Positions 9,098-19,482 of a DNA stretch of 64,000 nucleotides are shown piece by piece (the first letter of the stretch is position 1; each line of letters begins with the position of its first letter). The stretch is from Idiomarina sp. (lineage in GTDB: Bacteria > Pseudomonadota > Gammaproteobacteria > Enterobacterales > Alteromonadaceae). The notes under the pieces are model-generated. The model had not been told where the DNA came from. It worked only from the letters and a program-made list of their open reading frames with translations, and ran no database searches. A program made the position numbers and the translations under genes. The DNA is taken from contig JAFIFH010000071.1 in NCBI GenBank assembly GCA_020832105.1, positions 6,364 through 70,363 of the forward strand. Direction: 5' to 3'.

Positions 9098-10126
9098 TTA
9101 ATCGTGCAGTGGTACCGCCTGATTTGGATAGGCTTCCACAAAGGTGTCGACCATTTCAGTGGCCAGCGGTGCTTCGTTGCTATCAAAGCAGGCAATATGG
9201 AACAACGCCTCGCCTTCATTGGTCACCGGGATGTTGCTAGCGCCGATAACAATGCCGGTAACGCTGGCTTTTACGTCTGAGCTATGGCCACCATGGGGCG
9301 GCGCAATTTGCGCGATGACTTGCCCACGGGTCACCGTTTGCCCCAGTTCGGCAAGTTTGATCACCAGGCCGTCACTGTCGCTGCGCACCCATAATGAGCG
9401 CTGTGCCCAGACAGGTTTTACTTTTTTGCGCGTGCGTCGGCCTTTGAGCATTTTGAGCATTTTCAGCACGTTGGTGACGCCATTGACACCGGCTTCAATG
9501 GCAGTGTAGTCAAAGCGCAGGGCTTCTCCTGCTTCATACAGGATCAACGGAATATTCAATTCCGCAGCCAGTGAGCGCAGCGAACCATCGCGATCTTTGA
9601 CGTTCATGATCACCGGACAGTTAAAAGCTTCTGCCATCTCGCAGGCGACTTCGTTGTCCATATTGACGCGAATTTGCGGTAAGTTACTGCGATGAATAGC
9701 ACCGGTGTGTAGGTCAATAATATGGGTCGCGCGCTGCACCAACACGGTATTAAACAGATACGCCAGGCGACTGCCCAGTGCGCCGCGCTCCGAGCCCGGA
9801 AAACAGCGATTCAAATCACGCCGGTCCGGTAAGTAGCGGGACTGCTGAATAAAACCGAACATATTTACCACAGGGACAATCATCAGCGTGCCACTGAGTC
9901 TGGTCGGGTCGACCTGGTTGGCCACCCGCCGACAGATCTCAATGCCATTTAATTCATCACCGTGAATCGCTGCGCAGACCAACACAATAGGGCCTCTTTT
10001 GACGCCATGTAAGACCTCAACATGGAGATCCATGGGGGCGTCATTGTATAAACGGGCTGCGGGCAAGTAGATACTTTCACGACTACCTGGGGCAACCTTA
10101 CTTTCATGTAACTGAAACGCTCTCAT
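9098..10126 (-). CDS. Succinylglutamate desuccinylase/aspartoacylase (AstE/AspA, M14-like) family protein
   Basis: 342 aa. IHGDELNG and a later DLHTG histidine pattern typical of the zinc deacylase family. Directly downstream of rimK. Confidence 0.8.
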   Translation of the reverse strand: MRAFQLHESKVAPGSRESIYLPAARLYNDAPMDLHVEVLHGVKRGPIVLVCAAIHGDELNGIEICRRVANQVDPTRLSGTLMIVPVVNMFGFIQQSRYLPDRRDLNRCFPGSERGALGSRLAYLFNTVLVQRATHIIDLHTGAIHRSNLPQIRVNMDNEVACEMAEAFNCPVIMNVKDRDGSLRSLAAELNIPLILYEAGEALRFDYTAIEAGVNGVTNVLKMLKMLKGRRTRKKVKPVWAQRSLWVRSDSDGLVIKLAELGQTVTRGQVIAQIAPPHGGHSSDVKASVTGIVIGASNIPVTNEGEALFHIACFDSNEAPLATEMVDTFVEAYPNQAVPLHD

Positions 10127-10132
10127 GCGTGC

Positions 10133-11041
10133 TTAGCCTTTACCCTTGGTGCGGGTCTGATTAGCTTTGCCAGCATTTTTCTCAATGAAAGAAATAATTT
10201 GCGTGGCCACGTCTTTGTCGGTAGCCATTTCAATACCTTCAAGCCCAGGTGAGCTGTTTACTTCCATCACCAGAGGTCCGTGGTTAGAGCGCAGTAAGTC
10301 GACACCGGCGACACTCAAGCCCATGGTTTTCGCTGCTTTTACCGCCGTTGCCCGCTCCGATGCAGTCAGCTTGACCAGGGTCGCGCTGCCACCACGGTGC
10401 AGGTTAGAACGGAACTCACCAGGTTTAGCCTGGCGCTTCATCGCTGCGATGACCTTGTCACCAATGACGAAACAGCGTAAATCAGCACCACCGGCTTCTT
10501 TAATATATTCTTGCACCATAAAGTGAGCGTTCAGACCCATAAAGGCCTCAATCACGCTTTCTGCTGCCCCGCGGGTTTCGGCCAATACGACGCCAATACC
10601 CTGGGTACCTTCAAGCAGCTTGATCACACAGGGTGCGCCACCGACCATATCGATTAGATCCGGGATATCACTTGGTTTACTGGCAAACCCAGTGACCGGC
10701 AAACCAATGCCTTTGCGGGACAGTAACTGCAGTGAACGCAGTTTGTCACGACTGCGGCTTATCGCCACTGACTCATTTAATGGGTAAACACCCATCATTT
10801 CAAACTGACGTAGAACGGCGGTGCCATAGAAGGTAATGGAAGCGCCAATGCGCGGAATGATCGCGTCGAATTCAGGCAGTTCTTTACCTTTCATATGAAT
10901 GCTGGGTTCTTTTGCGTTGATATTCATATAGCAACGCAGTGGATCAAGCACCACCATCTCATGGCCACGGGCTTCACCCGCCTCGATCATGCGGCGTGTG
11001 GAGTATAGATTTTTGTTGCGCGAAAGTATTCCGATTCTCAT
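10133..11041 (-). CDS. rimK: Ribosomal protein S6 L-glutamate ligase RimK (ATP-grasp)
   Basis: 302 aa: [58 protein letters not shown]. Confidence 0.9.
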   Translation of the reverse strand: MRIGILSRNKNLYSTRRMIEAGEARGHEMVVLDPLRCYMNINAKEPSIHMKGKELPEFDAIIPRIGASITFYGTAVLRQFEMMGVYPLNESVAISRSRDKLRSLQLLSRKGIGLPVTGFASKPSDIPDLIDMVGGAPCVIKLLEGTQGIGVVLAETRGAAESVIEAFMGLNAHFMVQEYIKEAGGADLRCFVIGDKVIAAMKRQAKPGEFRSNLHRGGSATLVKLTASERATAVKAAKTMGLSVAGVDLLRSNHGPLVMEVNSSPGLEGIEMATDKDVATQIISFIEKNAGKANQTRTKGKG

Positions 11042-11475
11042 TTTGGTACCCCTGTCAGATAGGACGCTTTAGGATCAACAATATAACGACCATTCATCGC
11101 CTGGCGGCCCAAAAGCATGCGAAATTTCATGGTATCACGATTAGTTAATGTTACTTCAGTGCGAAAAGACTTGTCGCCGATCACCAGTGTGGTCTGGATG
11201 ACATATCGGGTTTCACGGTGGCCACCTGAATCGGTGACGGTGCGCTGTTCGAGCACCGGTGCTTCGCATATATGTTCAACGTCACTATCCTGACTTGGAT
11301 GGACCCAAATGCGCAACCACTCTGCATCATCTTTTTGAAAGGGTTCAAGCTTAAAGGCGTGCAAGCAAGAAGTGCGCGCGCCGGTATCGACTTTTACTTT
11401 AATACTGGTAATGCCTAAATCGGGCAGCGACGCCCATTCACGCCAGCCCAGCATGTCAGTTGTTCGTGTTGGCAA
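11038..11475 (-). CDS. Retropepsin-like aspartic protease (annotated in databases as ATP-dependent zinc protease / RimB-like)
   Basis: 145 aa. [13 protein letters not shown] (DTG motif). 4-bp overlap with rimK. Confidence 0.8.
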   Translation of the reverse strand: MPTRTTDMLGWREWASLPDLGITSIKVKVDTGARTSCLHAFKLEPFQKDDAEWLRIWVHPSQDSDVEHICEAPVLEQRTVTDSGGHRETRYVIQTTLVIGDKSFRTEVTLTNRDTMKFRMLLGRQAMNGRYIVDPKASYLTGVPK

Positions 11476-11554
11476 AATCGCCTCCGGTAATGCTTGTTAT
11501 ATCAAACTTATTAAACAGGCGCATGCACCAGGTGTGCTACGCAATGAGTTGTCA

Positions 11555-12379
11555 TTAAGGATAGGGCATTCGGTAGGAATTATCTTGACCCTGTACAACG
11601 CTGGGGGTCTGCGTGATGACAACGCCCGCATTGTGCATAGCGGGTAACATTAAATCAATCAATTTTGAGCGAGCGGTAAAAAATCCCTCCTGTTGCGCCC
11701 ACACCGACCACTGTACCTGTACGCCAAGCACCCCAATACTGAGCCGAAATAGTTCGGGCAGAGGCTCGCTTAAGATCATGTCATGGCCGCGGGCTACTTC
11801 CGCTAACAAGGTTTCAAGGGCGACAATGTCGGTGTCCAGGGCCAGCCACATCTGTAAATCAATCCGTCGAATGGCAAACTTGGAAAAGTTAATCACATGA
11901 CCTTTGATCAGGTCGTCATTGGGCACGCGCACGTAGAGATTATCGAAGGTGCGTATTTTGATCGCTAACCAGTCGATACTAATAACCTCGCCGCGGGTGT
12001 TCTGCACGCCCACCACATCGCCCACTTTAAAGCTCTTCTCGCCAAGTAAAAATAAGCCGCTGATAAAGTTGGAGGTGGAAGTTTGCGACGCAAAACCGAT
12101 GGCGACCGACAACACACCGGCTACGGCAAGCAGCACGCCGCTATGAAAGCCAAGCTCGCTGAGCGCGATGAGCAAAAATATAAAAAGTACGGTGTAAGAC
12201 ATCGCCCGGCGAAACAAAATCGCCTTATGTGGACTGGTATGGTTATCCACATATTTGCGCATCCCGTGAACGACCAGATTACGCAGCACTAAGCCCAGAG
12301 CGATATAGCCCAGTGCGCGTAACCAGGCGCTCCAGTCAGCGCCTTGTAATGGTTGAAGAACTTGCTGCAAAATATCCAA
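11555..12379 (-). CDS. MscS-family mechanosensitive channel
   Basis: 274 aa. Three TM helices, then FKVGDVVGVQNTRGEVISIDWLAIKIRTFDNLYVRVPN, the MscS beta-domain signature. Confidence 0.8.
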   Translation of the reverse strand: MDILQQVLQPLQGADWSAWLRALGYIALGLVLRNLVVHGMRKYVDNHTSPHKAILFRRAMSYTVLFIFLLIALSELGFHSGVLLAVAGVLSVAIGFASQTSTSNFISGLFLLGEKSFKVGDVVGVQNTRGEVISIDWLAIKIRTFDNLYVRVPNDDLIKGHVINFSKFAIRRIDLQMWLALDTDIVALETLLAEVARGHDMILSEPLPELFRLSIGVLGVQVQWSVWAQQEGFFTARSKLIDLMLPAMHNAGVVITQTPSVVQGQDNSYRMPYP

Positions 12380-12394
12380 ACTATAGCCCTGCTG

Positions 12395-13183
12395 TTATCC
12401 GATAATGGCTTCTAAAGCACGCAAAATAGTACGCGCCTCGCTGCGTAGGCGAGGTTCACTGATAAGTTGTAACACCTCATGGCGGCAGGGGACTGTTTTA
12501 CCATAATGAAGACTCAATTCGTCGGTAAGCTTTTCATTGGTGATGGTGAGTGCGGTGGTCCAGAAGCTTTTGCCGTCTACCCGATACACTGGCAAATATT
12601 GCGCGGGCAGATTTATCTTGTCCAGGCTTAGGTGGTCGCCGTCACGATTACACAGGCGCAATTCGAGCATCGCCCGGTGCGGCACCCTGACACCGGAATC
12701 CACTTCATGCTCGACGTCACTAAAAAATTGGTAACAAAGTTCGCCGCGGCGCGTATTGCTGCCAAACCATGTTAACGGCAGCTTCTCGATAAAGAACTCG
12801 TAGAATGGTTGTTTGCCATTGCCAATATAGAGTTGATACATCAGCGGTAGACTCAGATAAAATTTTGGCCGCCTGCCGCTGGGGATCATCATCGCCTGTC
12901 CTAAACGGACTACCAGGTTCTTGTCCGCCATTGCCGGCACGATACGCAACGTACTTTCCTGTTCACCGCTGGTCCAGCGCTGGATGATTTCTGCATCCAC
13001 AGGTACAGTGGCCTGGTGGCGAATCTCAAGCTCAGGGTTGAGCGCGCACTGAGGGTGTTCCCGAGGCATTCGCGAGAGCTGCCACTGTTGCGGCTGACGT
13101 TGAATGTAGAGGGTCTCGTGTTGAGCTTGAATAGAGATAGCCTCACCGAGCGGGAGTTGTAAGGCCTCAGCGGCATGCAACAT
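12395..13183 (-). CDS. Conserved hypothetical protein (family not recognised)
   Basis: 262-aa ORF with normal codon usage, 15 bp upstream of the MscS-family gene. No motif I can name. Confidence 0.5.
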   Translation of the reverse strand: MLHAAEALQLPLGEAISIQAQHETLYIQRQPQQWQLSRMPREHPQCALNPELEIRHQATVPVDAEIIQRWTSGEQESTLRIVPAMADKNLVVRLGQAMMIPSGRRPKFYLSLPLMYQLYIGNGKQPFYEFFIEKLPLTWFGSNTRRGELCYQFFSDVEHEVDSGVRVPHRAMLELRLCNRDGDHLSLDKINLPAQYLPVYRVDGKSFWTTALTITNEKLTDELSLHYGKTVPCRHEVLQLISEPRLRSEARTILRALEAIIG

Positions 13184-13304
13184 AATGTTTTATCTTTTCG
13201 AAAAGAAGGCTGATAGTGATAATCGCTTTTTTCGTTTTATACGTAAAGGGATAAGACTGTTATTCTCGCAAATCATATTCTAATTATTCGAGAGAATCGA
13301 AACC

Positions 13305-14039
13305 ATGAGTAAGTGCACCACCTGTACATGTCATACCCCGTTGGGCTTCGATATTCGTATGGCCTTTCAGCCCATCGTCAATGTGAATTCAGCAACCGTG
13401 TTCGCGTATGAAGCGCTGGTCCGTGGCAGTCAGGGGGAAGGCGCTGGAAGTGTGATTAGCAAGGTGAATACCGAGAATCTGTATAGCTTCGATCAGGCCT
13501 GTCGGGTCAAAGCCATTGAGACCGCCGCCGCAGTGGAGTTGCCCACTAAGCTTTCGATTAATTTCATGCCCAATGCGATCTATGACCCGGAAACCTGCCT
13601 GGCGAAAACGCTGCAAACTGCTAAAAAAGTGAACTTTCCGCACCATAATATTATTTTTGAAGTGACTGAACACGAAAAAGTCGAAAATCATGACTTACTT
13701 GTGGATGTCTTTCGCACCTATCAACGCCATGGTTTTATGACCGCCATTGATGATTTCGGCGAGGGCTATGCAGGGCTTAACCTGCTGGCTGACTTCCAGC
13801 CTGATTTGCTGAAGCTGGACATGAAGATGATCCGTAATATTCATGCGGATAGGGTAAAGAAAGCGATTTTCTCGGGCATCCATAAAGTGGCCGAAGAGCT
13901 TGGCATTATCCTCATTGCTGAGGGCGTTGAAACCCACGAAGAATATGCCTTTTTCAAGCATGCCGGGGTGAATTTACAACAAGGCTATTATTTTGCCAAG
14001 CCAGCCCTGGAGCATGCGCCTATTCCTGATTGGCATTAA
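13305..14039 (+). CDS. Stand-alone EAL-domain c-di-GMP phosphodiesterase
   Basis: 244 aa. The catalytic set appears complete: YEALVRG, FMPN, FEVTEHE, AIDDFGEGYAG, LKLDMKMI, IAEGVETHEE, QGYYFAKP. Confidence 0.85.
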   Translation: MSKCTTCTCHTPLGFDIRMAFQPIVNVNSATVFAYEALVRGSQGEGAGSVISKVNTENLYSFDQACRVKAIETAAAVELPTKLSINFMPNAIYDPETCLAKTLQTAKKVNFPHHNIIFEVTEHEKVENHDLLVDVFRTYQRHGFMTAIDDFGEGYAGLNLLADFQPDLLKLDMKMIRNIHADRVKKAIFSGIHKVAEELGIILIAEGVETHEEYAFFKHAGVNLQQGYYFAKPALEHAPIPDWH

Positions 14040-14736
14040 CCTGGTGGTGATCTGAAAGGTGTTGTAAGCGCGTCGACTGCAGGGCTTTAAGATGCGCGAT
14101 GAATTCATCCAGTGGGCGATCAAGGGCGTTTTGCGAAATATATAAATCGTAACCGAGCATTTCGCGCATCAACACCATTCGCACGGCAAAGGTTGCGATG
14201 ACCCCACGGTATCGCTTTCCACTCTCACTGATGTATATATCTGGTACATCAACATAGTCCAGGTATTCGCGGTGTGCCGGCATTTCACTGCGCAAAGCCT
14301 GCAGCATCAGCGGGCGTTGCTGATGCACCAGGTGGACAGCGAGGCGCGGCGAAAGCTGCTGTAAAAAATTATCATAGTGGCGTAAGCGGATGCCCAGAAA
14401 AGGGATCTGCTGGCGCTCTAATCCGCGCTGCACGTCTGGCACATCAAAGCGCACGATATCTTCCCAGTTCACCGTCCAGCTGCCGCGAAAATGAAAGTAG
14501 GTCATCGCGCTGGGAGTAATTTCAAGACTAGTTTCCGGCTCCACCAGCTTGCCAACCCCAAGGGCCATCGCCACCAGACAAAAAGCAGCAAGCGATAAAT
14601 GCAGCGGCCAGGGCAGGGCTAATTGTGCGTCGACAAACAGCAGCAGGGCCAGGCCTCCAGCGCCAATGACAATAAACACCCGACCATTGCGCTTGGTGTG
14701 CGGGCGGATGCGTTGAACCAGTGAGGGACTATTCAT
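14020..14736 (-). CDS. Membrane protein of unknown function
   Basis: ORF 14020..14832. Start moved to Met33 (MNSPSLVQRIR). Two predicted TM helices (VFIVIGAGGLALLLFV and LSLAAFCLVAMALGVG). The 3' end overlaps the EAL gene by 20 bp. Confidence 0.5.
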   Translation of the reverse strand: MNSPSLVQRIRPHTKRNGRVFIVIGAGGLALLLFVDAQLALPWPLHLSLAAFCLVAMALGVGKLVEPETSLEITPSAMTYFHFRGSWTVNWEDIVRFDVPDVQRGLERQQIPFLGIRLRHYDNFLQQLSPRLAVHLVHQQRPLMLQALRSEMPAHREYLDYVDVPDIYISESGKRYRGVIATFAVRMVLMREMLGYDLYISQNALDRPLDEFIAHLKALQSTRLQHLSDHHQVNANQE

Positions 14737-14877
14737 CAGCTTAGCCACCATATTACCAGGGGCACCATGACCAGCGCCCATATGACAATGAGCCGCCCAC
14801 GCAGGCAGGTTTGGCAATCCGTCTGCCACCAACGTTTCGTGCCTGGCTGAGAGGCTGAATGCTTTTTGACCATAGGT

Positions 14878-15582
14878 TCAGTATGCCTGTTGTAACGCAT
14901 CTTGCAAGAGCGCTTGAGTGAACGATGTTTTCAGGTAATACCCCCGTGGCAGCGTTTCAATACGCTCTCCATTCGGGCCTATAGCGGCCGTCAGCGCTTT
15001 GCTGTTGGCGGCCTTGGGCCGCAATTGAAGAGCCTGGCCGTGGCGGGCAGTAATGGATTGGACCTGCCCCATCACTATCATCTCGGTGATTTCCTCCCAA
15101 TCGGCTTTTAATAGTGCGTCCTGGGCGGCGGTTGGGGTCCATAGCACAGGCATGCCAAGACAACGTTCGGCTGGGGGTATTTCACGGCGCCCATCCAGGG
15201 GGACCCAAAGAACCTGGCGTAACTTGTTGCGTACATTACTCTGCTCCCAGCTAATGCCATTTAAGCCAGTTAACGGGGTTACGCAGACAAAGGTGGTTTC
15301 CAGAGGTTTACCCTCAGGGGTCAGCGGAATGGTCTTTAATTCGATCCCCAATTCGGGAAAGTCCTGTTCCGGTTTGGATCCGGCGGATGCACCCAGATAG
15401 AGTTCGATGAGCTGACCGCTCCAGCCTTTTGCACGGACCAGGTTTAGCGGTGTGACCCAGCCTGCGTTCTCCGCCAGCCAGCCCAGAGGCATACCCGCCA
15501 GGGCGCGCGCACGGTGCAAAAGTTCAGCGGTGCTTGCCGGCGGCGTTTGCGCCACCTGCGGCAGTTGTAGATAGTCAGTCAT
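14878..15582 (-). CDS. mutH: DNA mismatch repair endonuclease MutH
   Basis: 234 aa: [36 protein letters not shown]. Confidence 0.9.
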   Translation of the reverse strand: MTDYLQLPQVAQTPPASTAELLHRARALAGMPLGWLAENAGWVTPLNLVRAKGWSGQLIELYLGASAGSKPEQDFPELGIELKTIPLTPEGKPLETTFVCVTPLTGLNGISWEQSNVRNKLRQVLWVPLDGRREIPPAERCLGMPVLWTPTAAQDALLKADWEEITEMIVMGQVQSITARHGQALQLRPKAANSKALTAAIGPNGERIETLPRGYYLKTSFTQALLQDALQQAY

Positions 15583-15792
15583 GTTCCATAGCTTATGTTT
15601 ACAATGCAGGTTATCTGTTGTTCACGTCGGTTGTGATGACACTATAACTGATGCGTGGCTGTGTTCACATATGCAGTGCATAGGGAGGGGGTTATAGCGG
15701 ATTTACATCGTTCAGGGCGACGTTATGGTTTGCCCATTGTCAGCCTTTGTGGAAGAATCAGAGTCAGAGACAAATTGTGAGGAGTGGCTCGC

Positions 15793-16302
15793 GTGATAGA
15801 TGCCGAAGGCTATCGTTCCAATGTCGGCATAGTGATATGTAACGAGCACGGGCAAGTTTTCTGGGCCAGACGCTATGGACAAAACAGCTGGCAGTTTCCA
15901 CAAGGTGGCATCGATGACGGGGAATCACCCGAACAGGCGATGTACCGGGAGCTTTATGAAGAAGTAGGCTTAAAACCGCAGCAGGTGGAGTTAATCTACA
16001 CCAGCCGCAACTGGTTTCGTTACAAGCTGCCGAAACGCCTGGTGCGCAAAGGCGCTAAACCTGTGTGTATTGGACAAAAACAAAAATGGTTTCTGCTGCG
16101 TTTGACGTGTGCAGAGTCTGACGTTGATGTGTTGCAGTCAGGCCATCCAGAGTTCGACGGCTGGCGCTGGGTAAGCTATTGGTACCCGGTGCGTCAGGTC
16201 GTTTCATTTAAACGCGACGTGTACCGTCGGGTGATGAAAGAGTTTGCCCCTGTGGCGATGCCATTTCAGCATAAACGCAATAAAAGGAAGCGCAGGCGAT
16301 AA
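15793..16302 (+). CDS. rppH: RNA pyrophosphohydrolase RppH (NudH)
   Basis: GTG at 15793, 8 nt after GAGGAG, gives [17 protein letters not shown]. Nudix box [24 protein letters not shown]-terminus [28 protein letters not shown]. Confidence 0.9.
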   Translation: MIDAEGYRSNVGIVICNEHGQVFWARRYGQNSWQFPQGGIDDGESPEQAMYRELYEEVGLKPQQVELIYTSRNWFRYKLPKRLVRKGAKPVCIGQKQKWFLLRLTCAESDVDVLQSGHPEFDGWRWVSYWYPVRQVVSFKRDVYRRVMKEFAPVAMPFQHKRNKRKRRR

Positions 16303-16305
16303 TCT

Positions 16306-18585
16306 ATGGCGATGCTGAATAAATTACATCGAATCGTGGAGGCGGTAAATCAGGCCCCAGAGTTTGATACGGCACTACGAGCTATGGTGACGCGGGTCAA
16401 AGCCGCGTTGGAAACCGATGTATGCAGTATTTACATAGCTGACTATCAGTCAGAAGAGTTTGTTCTGGCCGCCAGTGATGGTCTCAAAATGACTGCTGGC
16501 GAGCGAATCACGCTGAAATTTGGTGAGGGCCTGATAAGTCTCGCTGCCCAGCGTGAAGAGCCGCTCAATTTCGCCGATGCGACCCAACACCCAAGCTTCA
16601 AGTTCATTGCCGAGGTAGAAGAAGAAAACTTCAATGCAATGCTGGTGGCGCCGATCATCCATCAACGTCGCGTTCTTGGCGTGCTTGCAGTGCAACAAAT
16701 GCATGTACGTGCTTTTTCCGGTGAAGAAGAATCTTTTGTCGTAACATTGGCGGCACAGTTAGCGTCGGTGATCGCCCACGCCGAAGCCAAAGGCTTGCTG
16801 GCCGGCCACAGTGCCCCCTGGCTACGAAGCCTGCACGCTATTCCGGGTTCTCCGGGGGTGGCTATAGGCCCAGCGTTTATTGGCAAGCCTGCGGCGCGGT
16901 TAAGTGCCGTGGTGCCGCGTAAAACTGATAAACCATGGCATCATATTCGTCTATTTCGCAAAGCAGTGATGCAAACCCGCCGCGAGCTGAAACAGCTGGC
17001 GCACCAGGTCGCTGACTACGTGGCCGAAGACACACTCGCCATTTTTGATGTCTATCAGGGCATGCTTGATGCCGCCAGTCTCGGCAATGCAGTAGAAGCC
17101 CGAATTCGTGAAGGCTGGATGGCGCAAACCGCGGTCAAATTAACGGTCGAGGACTACGTTGCCCAGTTTGAAGACCTTGACGATCCCTACCTTCAAGAAC
17201 GCGCGGTGGATGTGCGCGACCTTGGTCAGCGCATTTTGGCGCACCTGCAAAAACGTGTGCATGACAATAAAATTGTCCCGGACGACTGTATTCTGGTGGC
17301 TGAAGAAGTGACCGCATCGATGTTGGCTGGTATTCCTCGCCACAAGCTTCAGGGGATTGTGTCATTGCGCGGTAGTGCCAACTCCCATGCGGCAATTATG
17401 GCCCGCAGCATGGGTGTGCCAGCGGTGCTGGGTATCGAAGATGTCCCGTTACAGTATCTGGAAGACCAGTTTCTGATTGTAGATGGCTACAGCGGTGAGC
17501 TATTTGTAAACCCATTTGAGCAGGTGTTAGAAGAATATCGCCAACTGCAGGTGGAAGAAGAAGAGCTGGCGCAAATTGTTGCCCAACATCGTGACTTGCC
17601 TGCGCAGACTAAAGATGGTGAAGCCATTAGTTTGCAGATGAATGCCGGGCTCAATATTGAGCATGGTAAAGAGCATAACGGTTATGTGGACGGCATCGGC
17701 CTGTACCGCACTGAAATTCCGTTTATGATGAAAGACCGCTTCCCAACTGAGACCGAGCAGCGCGAACTGTATGCCCAGGTGCTGGCGAGCTTCCCTAATC
17801 AAAGTGTGGTGATGCGCACCTTGGATGTTGGTGGTGACAAGCCGTTACCTTATTTTCCCTTACATGAAGACAATCCTTTTCTTGGCTGGCGCGGGATCCG
17901 GTTAACCCTCGATCATCCGGAAATTTTTCTGGTTCAGGCTCGGGCCATGCTTGCTGCCAATATTGATCACGGCAACCTAAAAGTGCTGTTGCCGATGATT
18001 TCGTCCCTTGAAGAAGTTGATGAGGCCTCGCGTTTGCTCAACCAGGCGTATTTTGAGGTGCGTAATGAACTGGTTCAACAGCAGCCGGGTAAAACCCTGC
18101 AGCGTCCGCAGCTTGGGGTAATGATTGAAGTGCCCGGGATTCTCTACCAAATGGATATGATTGCGCCGCGGGTGGACTTTTTCTCCGTGGGGACCAATGA
18201 CCTGACCCAATACCTATTGGCTGTGGATCGCAATAACCCGCGCGTGGCGAAGTTGTACGACCCGTACCATCCGGCCGTACTGCGGGCTTTAATGCACATT
18301 ATTGAAACCAGTAATCGCCTGGACAAGCCGGTCAGCGTGTGTGGTGAGTTTGCCGGTGACCCGGGCGGGGCCATGTTGTTGGTTGCCATGGGCTACCGTA
18401 ATTTGAGTATGAGTAGTCATAACCTGGATAAAGTAAAGTGGATCATTCGTCATGTGCATACGTCAACTCTGCAGGTTCTACTCACGCAGGCGCTCAAGGC
18501 GCGGCACCCGTCCCAGGTGCGACGAGTGGTGAATAACAAGCTTGAAAGCCTTGGACTTGGTGGCTTCGTTCGTGCGGGTAAATAA
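16306..18585 (+). CDS. ptsP: Phosphoenolpyruvate-protein phosphotransferase PtsP (EI-Ntr, GAF + EI)
   Basis: 759 aa. N-terminal GAF domain. GSANSHAAIMARSMGVPAV (active-site His). GTNDLTQYLLAVDR. Confidence 0.9.
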   Translation: MAMLNKLHRIVEAVNQAPEFDTALRAMVTRVKAALETDVCSIYIADYQSEEFVLAASDGLKMTAGERITLKFGEGLISLAAQREEPLNFADATQHPSFKFIAEVEEENFNAMLVAPIIHQRRVLGVLAVQQMHVRAFSGEEESFVVTLAAQLASVIAHAEAKGLLAGHSAPWLRSLHAIPGSPGVAIGPAFIGKPAARLSAVVPRKTDKPWHHIRLFRKAVMQTRRELKQLAHQVADYVAEDTLAIFDVYQGMLDAASLGNAVEARIREGWMAQTAVKLTVEDYVAQFEDLDDPYLQERAVDVRDLGQRILAHLQKRVHDNKIVPDDCILVAEEVTASMLAGIPRHKLQGIVSLRGSANSHAAIMARSMGVPAVLGIEDVPLQYLEDQFLIVDGYSGELFVNPFEQVLEEYRQLQVEEEELAQIVAQHRDLPAQTKDGEAISLQMNAGLNIEHGKEHNGYVDGIGLYRTEIPFMMKDRFPTETEQRELYAQVLASFPNQSVVMRTLDVGGDKPLPYFPLHEDNPFLGWRGIRLTLDHPEIFLVQARAMLAANIDHGNLKVLLPMISSLEEVDEASRLLNQAYFEVRNELVQQQPGKTLQRPQLGVMIEVPGILYQMDMIAPRVDFFSVGTNDLTQYLLAVDRNNPRVAKLYDPYHPAVLRALMHIIETSNRLDKPVSVCGEFAGDPGGAMLLVAMGYRNLSMSSHNLDKVKWIIRHVHTSTLQVLLTQALKARHPSQVRRVVNNKLESLGLGGFVRAGK

Positions 18586-19377
18586 ATGACACTGAGTTTT
18601 TTGCTGCTTGGGCTCGGCGGCCTGGTCGCTGGCTTATTGTCGGGTATGCTCGGAATTGGCGGCGGTATTATTGCGGTACCGTTATTGATTTACTTACTGC
18701 CCGGCATGGGCATTCCGCCCGAGCTGGTGGCACCAATGGCGGTGGGCACAAGCTTGGCGACCATTGTGGTGACCACAGCGTCTGGCGCCTATGCCCACCA
18801 TTTACGCAAAATGATTCTGTGGGACTGGGTGCGGCTGATGGCGCCTGTACTGGTACTCGGCGGTATTCTTGGCGGCTACATTGGCGCCAGTATTGACCCG
18901 GTCATGCTGCAGCGTATTTTTGCCAGCGTACTCTTATTGCTGGCGGCGCGGATGATTTGGAAGACCCAGCCACGGGCTGCAGATAAGCGGATTGCACATA
19001 CCCCGGTACGCTTCTGGTCGGCCGGCATTGGGGTTATTTCAGCGTTAGTAGGCATCGGCGGCGGCGCCCTGGTGGTGCCTTTACTGCATTATTATCAGGT
19101 AGCGATGCGTAATGCTGTGGCAGTGGCTGCAGTGTGCAGCGTGCTATTGGCGATCTTTGGTACCGCTACCTATGCGTGGATGGGGCGTGCCGGGGTCAAT
19201 GTTGATGGTGCGATTGGGTATGTGTATTTACCCGCATGGCTTGGTATAGGTATTGTCTCGGCGCTGGTTGCGCCGCTTGGTGCCCGGCTCGCGCAGCGCC
19301 TGCCGGTGCGCTACCTGCAGCGCGCTTTTGCGATGTTATTGGTTATTGTGTCGGTGCATTTATTCGTCAGTTCCTAA
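18586..19377 (+). CDS. TSUP-family (TauE/SafE) membrane transporter
   Basis: 263 aa, polytopic, with duplicated GIGGG motifs (GMLGIGGGIIAVPLL and LVGIGGGALVVPLL). The ATG abuts the ptsP stop. Confidence 0.8.
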   Translation: MTLSFLLLGLGGLVAGLLSGMLGIGGGIIAVPLLIYLLPGMGIPPELVAPMAVGTSLATIVVTTASGAYAHHLRKMILWDWVRLMAPVLVLGGILGGYIGASIDPVMLQRIFASVLLLLAARMIWKTQPRAADKRIAHTPVRFWSAGIGVISALVGIGGGALVVPLLHYYQVAMRNAVAVAAVCSVLLAIFGTATYAWMGRAGVNVDGAIGYVYLPAWLGIGIVSALVAPLGARLAQRLPVRYLQRAFAMLLVIVSVHLFVSS

Positions 19378-19482
19378 GCAATGAAGCGCGCCATCATTTA
19401 AGGTAAGATACGACCACTTTTATCACCCGCGGCGTCATTTGCACGGCGCGGATTCTCCGCAATATAGAAAGGACTTCATCGC

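Noticed and set aside
12243-12251. Perfect DnaA box TTATCCACA
   Set aside because: It is a single copy inside the MscS-family coding region, with no AT-rich unwinding element or clustered boxes. A 9-mer like this is expected by chance.
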